Shown piece by piece: positions 46,865-55,795 of a DNA stretch of 64,000 nt (positions are counted from its first letter, which is position 1; every line of letters begins with the position of its first letter). Below the pieces are notes generated by a model. It was not told the DNA's origin. It worked only from the letters and a program-made list of their open reading frames with translations, and made no database searches. This stretch comes from an uncultured Chthoniobacter sp. (GTDB lineage: Bacteria; Verrucomicrobiota; Verrucomicrobiia; Chthoniobacterales; UBA6821): contig CAYOAN010000001.1 of NCBI GenBank assembly GCA_964402065.1, forward strand, positions 200,920-264,919, read 5' to 3'. Both the position numbers and the translations under genes were made by a program.

Positions 46865-48673
46865 ATGAAGCTTTCTGATTATGTGATTGATGTTTTAATT
46901 CAGCAGGGAATAAAACATGTTTTCTTTTTACCCGGTGGCGCTGCTATGCACCTTAATGACTCGCTTGGAAAAAGGCGCGAAGAAATAGCTTTTATTCCAA
47001 TGCTGCACGAACAAGCTGTTTCTATTGCCACGGAAGCCTATGCTAAGTCATCTCAACAAATAGGCGCTGCAATGGTAACGAGTGGACCTGCTGCAACAAA
47101 TACGCTGACTGGAGTTGTTGGAGCTTGGCTTGATTCAACAGCAACAATTTTTTTATCAGGTCAGGTAAAACGTGCAGATCTTAAAAAAACACCCAAGCTG
47201 CGACAACTAGGATCTCAAGAAGTTGATATTACTACTATTGTTAGCTCAGTGACGAAATATGCAGTGACCATTACAGATCCTCAACGGATACGTTACCATT
47301 TGGAAAAAGCTTTTTACCTAGGTCGTGAGGGAAGGCCAGGGCCCGTGTGGCTTGATTTTCCCTTGGACGTACAAGCCTCTGAAATTGCTCCCGAAGCATT
47401 AGAAAGCTTTGTTCCTGAAGACTCACAAAAAGCGGATGGATCTATTCTGCAACAAAAAGCAGAAGAGCTTTTAGCCATGCTTCAAGCCGCAGAACGGCCT
47501 GTGATTGTCGCAGGAAATGGCATTCGCATTGCTAATGCTATTCCAGAATTCCATGAATTTATTGAAAAGATGGGAGCGCCTGTATTAACAACATGGCCAG
47601 CTATGGACTTGCTTCCACATGATCACCCTCTTTTTGCTGGTCGACCTGGTGTGATTGCTTCTAGAGGAGCAAATTTCACACTTCAAAATTCTGACCTCAT
47701 GATTGTTGTTGGGTCTCGATTAGATATGTTTTTTACAGGTTATGCCCATGAAAACATGGCTCGAGGAGCAAAAAAAGTGATGGTTGATATTGATGAGGAA
47801 GAGATCAAAAAAATGCAGACAAAGATAGATCTTCCCATTGTTGCTGATGTGCGACTTTTTTTAGAAGTACTTTTAAAACAAATGGAAAAAGCTCCTTCTA
47901 GCGCCTTCGGTAATTTTGATGCTTGGGTGGCCAAGACCCGAGAGTGGAAAAAAAAGTATCCATTAGTACAGCCTCAACATCGACAAATCAAAGATAGAGT
48001 CAGCCTCTATTGTTTTTCAGAAGTCCTTTCTCAATGTCTACCAGAAGGAGCGCTCGTTGCTCCGGGAAGTTCTGGTGTTGCTATTGAATTATTTTTGCTC
48101 AACTTTTCTATTAAAAAAAACCAACGTGTTTTTCACAACAGAGGGCTTGGTTCGATGGGGTTTGCACTACCTTCTGCTATTGGGGCATGTTTAGCTGCTG
48201 GTACCAAAGAAACAATTTGCATTGATGGTGACGGTGGTTTTCAAATGAATGTCCAAGAATTGGCATTGGTGGCCCAATGGCAGTTACCCATTAAAATTTT
48301 TATATTGAATAATGATGGATATGCCTCGATTAGAAGTTCTCAAAAAAACTACTTTCAGCAGCTTGTAGGAGCTGATGCTAGTAGCGGATTAGCTTTACCA
48401 AATTTACAAAAAGTAGCAAAAGCATACGAGATTCCAACAGCCTGCATTAAGAATCAAAAAAATTTGAAGCGAAAGATTCAGAGTGTTCTGGCAAGACCAG
48501 GACCTGTTATTTGTGAAGTAATGGTTGTTGCTGATGAGCAACGAGAGCCTCGGATCTCTTCCGTGCAGCGACCAGATGGGAGCATGGTTTCTAAACCGCT
48601 GGAGGATTTGTGGCCCTTTTTAGAAAGAGAAGAATTTTTATCGAATATGATAATACCAGCTTTAGAGGAGTGA
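46865..48673 (+). CDS. Thiamine-diphosphate-dependent enzyme (acetolactate-synthase large-subunit-like; YerE-like candidate)
   Basis: About 600 aa. N-terminal Pyr domain (HVFFLPGGAAMHL..HEQA), ThDP-binding motif GDGGFQMNVQELA...NNDGY. Confidence 0.85.
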   Translation: MKLSDYVIDVLIQQGIKHVFFLPGGAAMHLNDSLGKRREEIAFIPMLHEQAVSIATEAYAKSSQQIGAAMVTSGPAATNTLTGVVGAWLDSTATIFLSGQVKRADLKKTPKLRQLGSQEVDITTIVSSVTKYAVTITDPQRIRYHLEKAFYLGREGRPGPVWLDFPLDVQASEIAPEALESFVPEDSQKADGSILQQKAEELLAMLQAAERPVIVAGNGIRIANAIPEFHEFIEKMGAPVLTTWPAMDLLPHDHPLFAGRPGVIASRGANFTLQNSDLMIVVGSRLDMFFTGYAHENMARGAKKVMVDIDEEEIKKMQTKIDLPIVADVRLFLEVLLKQMEKAPSSAFGNFDAWVAKTREWKKKYPLVQPQHRQIKDRVSLYCFSEVLSQCLPEGALVAPGSSGVAIELFLLNFSIKKNQRVFHNRGLGSMGFALPSAIGACLAAGTKETICIDGDGGFQMNVQELALVAQWQLPIKIFILNNDGYASIRSSQKNYFQQLVGADASSGLALPNLQKVAKAYEIPTACIKNQKNLKRKIQSVLARPGPVICEVMVVADEQREPRISSVQRPDGSMVSKPLEDLWPFLEREEFLSNMIIPALEE

Positions 48674-48675
48674 AC

Positions 48676-49494
48676 ATGCTGCTTGGAATCATGCAAGGGA
48701 GATTGCTTCCTCCTATCAATAACCGAATTCAATGCTTCCCAAAAGATAGATGGAATGAAGAATTTTCTTTAGCATCTTCGTTGGGAATCCAAATGATTGA
48801 ATGGATTTATGAAGACTATGGGTCTAATGAAAATCCTTTATCGAGTGACACAGGTATCAGCTCTATAGAAAAGCTTGCTGCTGAGCAAGGGGTACAAGTT
48901 CTTTCTCTATGCGCAGACTATTTTATGGATTATCCTTTTTTGAGATGTAGCAGGAGCGAGCAACAAGAACGTATTAGCAAATTAAAATGGCTCCTCGATC
49001 GAGGACGAAAAGCTCATATTCGATCCATAGTGCTTCCATTTGTAGACGCTGCAAATATTAGAAATGTAGAGGAAATGAAAGAAGTGGTGGCGTTGTTGCA
49101 AGAAGTATTACCCTTGGCCGAACAATACAATATAGAACTTCATTTGGAAGCGGACTTGCCTCCAAATGTTTTCCATGCATTGCTGTGCCAATTGCGCCAT
49201 CCTCTTTTAATGGTTAATTACGATTCTGGAAATAGCGCATCATTAGGATATTCTATTTCAGAAGAGTTTAAGGCTTATGGAGAACGTATCGGTAGTATCC
49301 ATATTAAGGATCGTCTACTTGGAGGAAGTACCGTTTCCTTGGGGAAGGGGGCTGTTAATTTTATTGAACTTGCTACGGCTTTAAAAAAAATTCAGTATGA
49401 GCGCCCTCTCATTTTACAGATTGCTCGTGGAGTTTCTGGCGACGAAGTTCATTGGATAAAAAAGCATCTTCAAATGTTAACTGACATTTTTTAA
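48676..49494 (+). CDS. Xylose-isomerase-like TIM-barrel protein (sugar-phosphate isomerase/epimerase family)
   Basis: About 272 aa from ATG 48676 (MLLGIMQGRL), 2 nt after the upstream stop. Pattern ..IEW.., LEADL, NYDSGN, IHIKD is typical of AP_endonuc_2/TIM-barrel proteins. Confidence 0.75.
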   Translation: MLLGIMQGRLLPPINNRIQCFPKDRWNEEFSLASSLGIQMIEWIYEDYGSNENPLSSDTGISSIEKLAAEQGVQVLSLCADYFMDYPFLRCSRSEQQERISKLKWLLDRGRKAHIRSIVLPFVDAANIRNVEEMKEVVALLQEVLPLAEQYNIELHLEADLPPNVFHALLCQLRHPLLMVNYDSGNSASLGYSISEEFKAYGERIGSIHIKDRLLGGSTVSLGKGAVNFIELATALKKIQYERPLILQIARGVSGDEVHWIKKHLQMLTDIF

Positions 49495-49500
49495 AAACTG

Positions 49501-50328
49501 ATGAATGCCCTTCCATGGTTTAGCCTTGAAAAAAAACTTGCTGTTATCACTGGCGGTGCAGGCCTCCTAGGACGTCAGCATGTACATGCTATTGCGCTTG
49601 CTGGAGGTAGTTCCGTTATTCTTGATGTCGCAGCGGCTAAGCCTATCGAGGTAGCAAAAAAATTGGCAACAGAATGGAACGCTCCCATTTATGGGTATGA
49701 AGTTGATATCACCGATGTGAATGCGATTAGGAGCATGCAACAGCAGCTATTTTCTGAGTTAGGAAATATTGATATTTTAATTAATAATGCCGCTAATAAT
49801 CCCAAGATGAATGGCGATATCACCTCCAACAACTCAAGATTTGAATCATTTTCTTTGGAGGCATGGCATCAAGATGTAGCCGTTGGTCTAACAGGTTCTT
49901 TTTTATGTTGTCAGGTTTTTGGGGCTGAGATGGCTAAACAGGGACATGGAGTGATTGTTAATATTGCTTCTGACTTAAGCCTGATTTCACCAGATCAACG
50001 CCTTTACAAAGAACCTCATCTTCCTGAAAATTTACAACCAGTAAAGCCAGTGACCTATTCGGTCGTGAAGAGTGGAATTATAGGGCTGACACGTTACTTG
50101 GCAACTTATTGGGCTGACTGTGGTGTTCGTGTGAATGCGCTTTCTCCTGGAGGAGTCTTTACGGGACAAAATAAAGCTTTTGTGCAACGCTTAACTTCCT
50201 TAATTCCCCTAGGTCGAATGGCCGCTCCTACGGAATATCAAGCCGCGATTATTTTTCTTTGTTCTGAGGCTTCTTCCTATATGACGGGGCATAATTTAGT
50301 CATTGATGGGGGAAGAACATGTTGGTGA
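49501..50328 (+). CDS. Short-chain dehydrogenase/reductase
   Basis: ITGGAGLLGRQ, NNAA, YSVVKSG (YxxxK), NALSPGGV. Confidence 0.88.
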   Translation: MNALPWFSLEKKLAVITGGAGLLGRQHVHAIALAGGSSVILDVAAAKPIEVAKKLATEWNAPIYGYEVDITDVNAIRSMQQQLFSELGNIDILINNAANNPKMNGDITSNNSRFESFSLEAWHQDVAVGLTGSFLCCQVFGAEMAKQGHGVIVNIASDLSLISPDQRLYKEPHLPENLQPVKPVTYSVVKSGIIGLTRYLATYWADCGVRVNALSPGGVFTGQNKAFVQRLTSLIPLGRMAAPTEYQAAIIFLCSEASSYMTGHNLVIDGGRTCW

Positions 50329-50355
50329 TTGTTTCATCTATTCAATTTTTAAAAA

Positions 50356-51294
50356 ATGAAGAGTGAGAGAAGTCAGCGTGTTTATCTTTTAGGGGCGAGT
50401 GGTCGTTTAGGAAAAACCTTGTTGCAACAATGGAGGCATCATCAAAAAGCTGACTCTATCATTCCCTTAAGCAGGCAGGAGATTGATTTTTTAAATCCCC
50501 TTCTTGCTCAGAAAAATTTTTCTGCTTATGACCTTTGTGAAAACGATCTTGTGATTAATTGCGCTGCTTTAACCGATGTTGACTATTGTGAAAGTGAGGC
50601 TGTAGCAGCAACAGCTGTCAATGCAACAACGCCTGCTTTTTTAGCAGAGGTTTGTGCTCAAAAAGGAGCGCGCTTTCTTCAGCTTAGCACGGATTACGTA
50701 TTTGATGGCACCTTAGATCGTCCCTATGAAGAAACTGATGAGCCAGCTCCTATCAATCACTACGGTATTAGTAAACTTATTGGAGAACAACGGGTGATAG
50801 CAACTTCTGAGCAGCATATCATTGCTAGGATTTCTTGGGTCTTTGGCCCAGGATGTCCTAGCCTTATTGATCAAATACTTCAGGAAGCTATGACTTCTAA
50901 AAAAGTTGTTTCAGCTGTTGATAGAATCGCTTCGCCTTCTTTCACCCATGATCTGATAGAATCGCTTGGCGTGTTTTTAAATTCTTCTGTCAAAGGTGGA
51001 ATCTATCACCTTTGCAATACAGGAGCTTGCTCTTGGTATGAATATGGAACCTATGTTTTAAAAAAAGCCAGCGATTACGGAATGCCTGTTCGAACAACAG
51101 AAATTATTCCAACGAAATTATATTCTATGAAACAATTTAGAACACATCGCCCCTTGAAGACCCCTCTTAATACTAATAAATTTCGTAACGAGAGTGGCCT
51201 TACTTTCCGTCCATGGCAAGAGGCAGTAGATGAATATTTAGAGCATGTTCAAAAATTCTATAGCCGCTTATTGCGGCGTCACTCCGGTATTTGA
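50356..51294 (+). CDS. RmlD-type (dTDP-4-dehydrorhamnose reductase family) sugar-nucleotide reductase with a repeat-derived C-terminus
   Basis: LLGASGRLG, STDYVFDG, YGISKLIGE. The last 17 codons and the stop (..EHVQKFYSRLLRRHSGI*) are encoded by the family-1 element starting at 51239. Confidence 0.85.
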   Translation: MKSERSQRVYLLGASGRLGKTLLQQWRHHQKADSIIPLSRQEIDFLNPLLAQKNFSAYDLCENDLVINCAALTDVDYCESEAVAATAVNATTPAFLAEVCAQKGARFLQLSTDYVFDGTLDRPYEETDEPAPINHYGISKLIGEQRVIATSEQHIIARISWVFGPGCPSLIDQILQEAMTSKKVVSAVDRIASPSFTHDLIESLGVFLNSSVKGGIYHLCNTGACSWYEYGTYVLKKASDYGMPVRTTEIIPTKLYSMKQFRTHRPLKTPLNTNKFRNESGLTFRPWQEAVDEYLEHVQKFYSRLLRRHSGI

Positions 51295-51379
51295 GGCCTC
51301 GAGTATGAGATATACACTGCGTTTCTGCGCTCCTCGTTCCTGACACTATATCGGCTATAATATTTTTTAAAACGCCCTA
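51239..51379 (+). repeat. Family-1 MITE-like element, full copy (141 bp), overlapping the 3' end of the RmlD-like gene
   Basis: TAGAGCATGTTCAAAAATTCTATAGCCG ... CGGCTATAATATTTTTTAAAACGCCCTA. Near-identical in the core to 1857-1996. Confidence 0.85.
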
Positions 51380-51393
51380 GCGTCTGTGTCCCA

Positions 51394-52383
51394 ATGCTAC
51401 TGATAAAAAAAATGATGGTAACAACAAAACAGAGGGTTCCTGTAATAAAAGAAATAAAAAAGTGGCTTTTACTCCAAGGGCCTCATTCTATTTTTACTCA
51501 ATGGTCGTTGAAGCTCTATGGACTGTTGAAAGGTGGATATAAAGTCACTTTCAACAATGGAGTGATTAAATTTAGGAAAGCTCATCAGTGTCTTGTTATT
51601 AGCGAGAAGGATTGCATTTTTGCGCCATTAATTATGCGAGGCTTTTTTGATCAAAAATTTAACGAAATTGAGGCGAAGAAAATTAATGATATGGAGGTGC
51701 TTGATTTTTCGAAGCCAGGAACTCATTACCTTAAAGGTGATAAAATTGGATTTATCTTTCCAGGTTTGGCAGATGCTCCTGTTCATACTTATATTGATAA
51801 ATTTAAACCTGCTCCGGGAATGATTGTGTTTGATGTTGGTGCGCATGTCGGTGCTATTAGTTATTTTTTTTCAAAGATGGTAGGGGAGCAAGGTAAGGTT
51901 TATGCTTTTGAACCTGATGAAATCAACCTCTGCTATCTTAAGAGTAATATAAAAAATAAAAATTTAGCTAATGTTGCTGTTGTAACTGCAGCATTAGGAG
52001 GGCAATCAGGGAGCTCTGTATTTTTTGCCGATGGATCAATGCGATCATCTTTTGTAAAAAATGCTCCGTATCTTCCTAGTGATGGAGCTCAAAAAAAAGT
52101 AACGGTTTTAACGATTCAAGATTGTTGTGAGCAGCTAGGGGTTATTCCTGATTTTATTAAAATGGATATTGAAGGGGCAGAGATTGAGGTGATCAAAAGT
52201 TCTCTACATTTTTTAAAAGAACATCACATCCATTTTGCTATTGAAAGTAACCATCTTACTCAAGACGGCTGTTTAACGTCTGATGAGTTAGAAAGATTAT
52301 TTAAATCTATTGGCTATGTTGTAGAATCATCAGATCAGTTTGGAGAAATGTTTACTTGGGCAGCTCCGCCTGATCCGCTTTAA
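51394..52383 (+). CDS. FkbM-family methyltransferase
   Basis: VFDVGAHVGAISYFF (SAM motif), AFEPD, IKMDIEGAEIEV. The start codon is uncertain and several in-frame Met are present. Confidence 0.8.
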   Translation: MLLIKKMMVTTKQRVPVIKEIKKWLLLQGPHSIFTQWSLKLYGLLKGGYKVTFNNGVIKFRKAHQCLVISEKDCIFAPLIMRGFFDQKFNEIEAKKINDMEVLDFSKPGTHYLKGDKIGFIFPGLADAPVHTYIDKFKPAPGMIVFDVGAHVGAISYFFSKMVGEQGKVYAFEPDEINLCYLKSNIKNKNLANVAVVTAALGGQSGSSVFFADGSMRSSFVKNAPYLPSDGAQKKVTVLTIQDCCEQLGVIPDFIKMDIEGAEIEVIKSSLHFLKEHHIHFAIESNHLTQDGCLTSDELERLFKSIGYVVESSDQFGEMFTWAAPPDPL

Positions 52384-52397
52384 CGGAAGTGACTACC

Positions 52398-53333
52398 ATG
52401 AAAAAAAAACTCATTACCATTCTTACTCCAACTTTCAACGAAGAGGGAAATGTGGAAGAACTCTACCAGCAGGTACGAGAAATATTTCGTGGGTTGCCTC
52501 AGTATGATTATGAGTACCTTTTTATTGATAACGCTTCCCAGGATCGAACAGCAGAGCAGCTGAGGCTGCTGGCAGCAACTGACCCCAAGGTTAAAGTCAT
52601 TTTTAACCAGCGTAATTTTGGACATGCTCGCTCTCCGCAGTATGCATGCTATCAAGCGAGTGGAGAGGCTATTATTTCTCTAGCCTGTGACTTACAGGAT
52701 CCGCCTGCTCTTATTCCTGAGTTTTTAAAAAAATGGGAAGAAGGGTATCTCGTAGTGCTGGGGCAGAAAGTTAATAGCAAAGAATCAGCTATTATGTTTG
52801 CACTGCGAACAATGTACTATTCACTAGTCAATAAATTGTCTGATACCGAACTCATGCAGCATGTCACGGGTTTTGGACTTTATGATCGAACTGTGATTGA
52901 TCAGATCAAATCGTTAAATGACCCTTATCCCTATACGCGCGGCCTCATTGCTGAGCTTGGATATTCTGTTGCGCGTATTCCTTACACTCAATCAAAGCGC
53001 AAACGAGGACTGTCAAAAAATAATTTTTATACACTCTACGACTACGCAATGTTAGGAATTACAAGTCATTCAAAAATACCATTGCGACTAGCAACAATGC
53101 TTGGCTTTTTGATGTCCTTTTTGAGCGGGATTGCAGCAATAGGCTATTTTATTTATAAGCTTTTATTTTGGGATTCTCTTCCTATTGGGATTGCTCCGAT
53201 TGTGATTGGGCTTTTTCTCTTCTCATCGGTTCAACTTTTTTTCATTGGCATCGTTGGGGAATATATCGGAGCTATGCACACACAAATTTTACATCGTCCT
53301 TTGGTGGTTGAAAAAGAGCGTCTAAATTTCTAA
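52398..53333 (+). CDS. Family 2 glycosyltransferase, GtrB/CsbB/ArnC-type polyprenol-phosphate sugar synthase
   Basis: ILTPTFNEEGNV, IDNASQDRT, ACDLQDPP, plus two C-terminal TM helices (..LGFLMSFLSGIAAIGYFIY.. and ..IVIGLFLFSSVQLFFIGIVGEYIG). Confidence 0.9.
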   Translation: MKKKLITILTPTFNEEGNVEELYQQVREIFRGLPQYDYEYLFIDNASQDRTAEQLRLLAATDPKVKVIFNQRNFGHARSPQYACYQASGEAIISLACDLQDPPALIPEFLKKWEEGYLVVLGQKVNSKESAIMFALRTMYYSLVNKLSDTELMQHVTGFGLYDRTVIDQIKSLNDPYPYTRGLIAELGYSVARIPYTQSKRKRGLSKNNFYTLYDYAMLGITSHSKIPLRLATMLGFLMSFLSGIAAIGYFIYKLLFWDSLPIGIAPIVIGLFLFSSVQLFFIGIVGEYIGAMHTQILHRPLVVEKERLNF

Positions 53334-53351
53334 ATTGGTTCGTTTTTAAAT

Positions 53352-55718
53352 ATGCAGCAAAACAATAATTATTCTTTTTCAACCAGACTGATTTTTGGAA
53401 TAGGCTTCTTATTTTTTGGTGTGATTGGAATAACTTGGCTGTGCCAGCTTCCATCAGCTGAAGAAGCTTTCGGCAATACAGGAAAGTTATGGGATTTGCT
53501 GCAGACTCATTGGAACGGTTGGACACCGACATTCATGTTGGGGCATAGCGGTATGATTTATCAGCTCTCAGTCATAGAGCTTTTTACTCATTACCTTCTG
53601 CTGCCGCTTCAATCTTTTTTAACATTGTTTGCTATCAAAAAACTCATTGCGCTGGGGTATTTTGCAACTAGTGGTGTGACCATGTTTTTTTTCGCGCGAC
53701 GCCTGACCCGTAATGAAACTCAGGCTGCCGTGGCAGCGCTAGCCTACATCATGATGCCATCCATCACGGTCGCTATGGGAATTTATGAGCATTTCAGTGT
53801 GACCCTTTGTTTTGTTTTTGTTCCACTTATTTTACGAGGAGTTTTAGTTTTGTCCGAAGAGAAGTCGCTGCGAGAGACTGTTGGGCTAGGAATAGCAGCA
53901 AGTGCAATAGCATTAAGTTATGCGAAAATTGCTGTCGTGATTTCTCCGATGCTACTGCTCTGGACGTTGGAAGTTTTACGCTTACAACCTGTTGCAGTTC
54001 GTTTGAAAATCATCACGCGCTACGCCATGAGTGCTGCGCTAGCACTTATATTGACGCTTCCTTTTTTATTGCCAGCCTCACGAGAGTTTGGTTTTGCCGC
54101 TGGTTTTTTATTTGATCCGCTAGACGCTTGGCAACATCATTACGCATTTAAGTCAGCACTTCAATGGATTGATCTCTGGGGATTTTTGATGAAAGGTTCA
54201 GGAGCTGATATAGAGAGGGATGCTGCGATGTTTGCAATTGGGTTCATTCCACTGTTAGGCATTTCCTTGGGATTAGGGCTTCCTGCTTTAAAAGAATGGC
54301 GTCATTCCTTGCTTGGACGTTGGTTCCTAATCCTAGTAGTCTGCTGGTTATTTTCTATCAATCTGGCCGCAGGTCCTGATGGAATTCTTTTAGGGCATTG
54401 GCATCTTTTAAAAAATAATGCTCGTGATATTTCGGACTTTTCTGTTCCTCTTCTTTGGCTCGCTCTTGCTTGGTTAATTTGGATGAGTTATCAGGTTATC
54501 CGTTATCTCATTGCGGGAGCACCATGGCGCTCATGGTTATTATTAGCCTTATTTTTAGCGCTGCCTTTTTTTCGGATTGCAGCCGTATTTCCTTTATTTA
54601 AGGATATTCGAGCTCCGGAATCATTTTGGAGTGTGGGAGGTTTTTGCGCATTAGCAGCCGCTATTGGAATGGTGACAGTAGAGCTTTTTGTGAAAGTAGT
54701 TCCAATACGATTCCGTACTCTTGTCGCAGTAGTCATGGGCCTTCTGTTTATACTCGAGCTTTATCCTATTCATTCCACTTATTGGACACGTGGTCTATCT
54801 GAGGAACTTTTTTCTGATTACGATCAGTCAGTGGTTTTTTTAAAAAATGCACCGTTACCCGGTCGTGTCTACCCGTTGAGTAGCCGTTATTTTTATTTAA
54901 CGATTCCGCAAAAGACAGGGCGTTCTCTTAGTACGGAGGCCCTGATGCGGCATTTTGAATTGAAGTGGGTTCGGTGTTTTGAAGCCGCAGGGATGGCCAA
55001 CATTGATATGATGAAAACCTATCTCAACCTATCAGGGGTTTCTTATGTTTTCATCGATAAGGAAGATCCTCTGACGCCAAAACAAACGCAGGATATTTAC
55101 CGTGCTCTTTTTCCAGTCGTGTTTGAAAATCATTCGATTGTGATTTTAGCCAATGAGACTTCACTCTACCCGGCTTTTTTGGCACATAACTTTGTTGTGC
55201 TTCCTTCAGAAAGTTATCAGATGGCTCCAATGAGCTTGCAGTTAGCGCGAATGAATCTTCTTAGTGTAGAGCTTGCTTCAAGCGATCAACGGCAAAATGG
55301 ATTTGCAGGCAGAGCTGCCGGAAATAGTCAGGTAGAACTTTTGCCGCAATATCAAAAAAGCGGAGGAGCTCCTTTTGAACGCGTTCCTTCTATGAGTCGT
55401 CGGTCTGATGATTATGGGAAAATGATCTATCGTTTGCCTTCCACTGTTTCAGGATGGTTGACTGTTGCGGAGGCTTTTCATCCGGACTGGCAAGCTTTTA
55501 TTGATGGGCAGCCAACCGATATTCGTCGAGCTGCTTCAGCACTCCTTGCTGTCTATGTGCCACTTGGCTCTCAAGAAATTCTTTTTAAATTTGTTCCGCC
55601 GCTTTGGTATTCCATTTCATTTTACCTTGGATGCTTGCTTTGGGTCATAGCCTTGGGAAGCTTTTTATTTTTCCGCAGTCGTTGGGCTCATCCTTCTTGG
55701 AAGGACTGGTGGAATTAG
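53352..55718 (+). CDS. YfhO-like polytopic membrane protein (GT-C-type extracytoplasmic glycosyltransferase candidate)
   Basis: 788 aa with many TM helices. C-terminal module AEAFHPDWQAFIDGQPTDIRRA..LLAVYVPLGSQEILFKFVPP matches the YfhO-family tail pattern, followed by a final TM helix. Confidence 0.75.
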   Translation: MQQNNNYSFSTRLIFGIGFLFFGVIGITWLCQLPSAEEAFGNTGKLWDLLQTHWNGWTPTFMLGHSGMIYQLSVIELFTHYLLLPLQSFLTLFAIKKLIALGYFATSGVTMFFFARRLTRNETQAAVAALAYIMMPSITVAMGIYEHFSVTLCFVFVPLILRGVLVLSEEKSLRETVGLGIAASAIALSYAKIAVVISPMLLLWTLEVLRLQPVAVRLKIITRYAMSAALALILTLPFLLPASREFGFAAGFLFDPLDAWQHHYAFKSALQWIDLWGFLMKGSGADIERDAAMFAIGFIPLLGISLGLGLPALKEWRHSLLGRWFLILVVCWLFSINLAAGPDGILLGHWHLLKNNARDISDFSVPLLWLALAWLIWMSYQVIRYLIAGAPWRSWLLLALFLALPFFRIAAVFPLFKDIRAPESFWSVGGFCALAAAIGMVTVELFVKVVPIRFRTLVAVVMGLLFILELYPIHSTYWTRGLSEELFSDYDQSVVFLKNAPLPGRVYPLSSRYFYLTIPQKTGRSLSTEALMRHFELKWVRCFEAAGMANIDMMKTYLNLSGVSYVFIDKEDPLTPKQTQDIYRALFPVVFENHSIVILANETSLYPAFLAHNFVVLPSESYQMAPMSLQLARMNLLSVELASSDQRQNGFAGRAAGNSQVELLPQYQKSGGAPFERVPSMSRRSDDYGKMIYRLPSTVSGWLTVAEAFHPDWQAFIDGQPTDIRRAASALLAVYVPLGSQEILFKFVPPLWYSISFYLGCLLWVIALGSFLFFRSRWAHPSWKDWWN

Positions 55719-55795
55719 AGCGGTTTATCTCAAGTTAATGCTGCAACGATGGTCATTTCGGTACGTGCCTTCTCGATAACCACGTCCAAGAAAAA

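Noticed and set aside
53807-54115. 102-aa alternative-frame ORF, and similar ones at 7423-7722, 10771-11184, 20623-20880, 26500-26853 and 28636-28893
   Set aside because: All are nested in other frames or strands of strongly supported genes and lack any motif. They are compositional artefacts.
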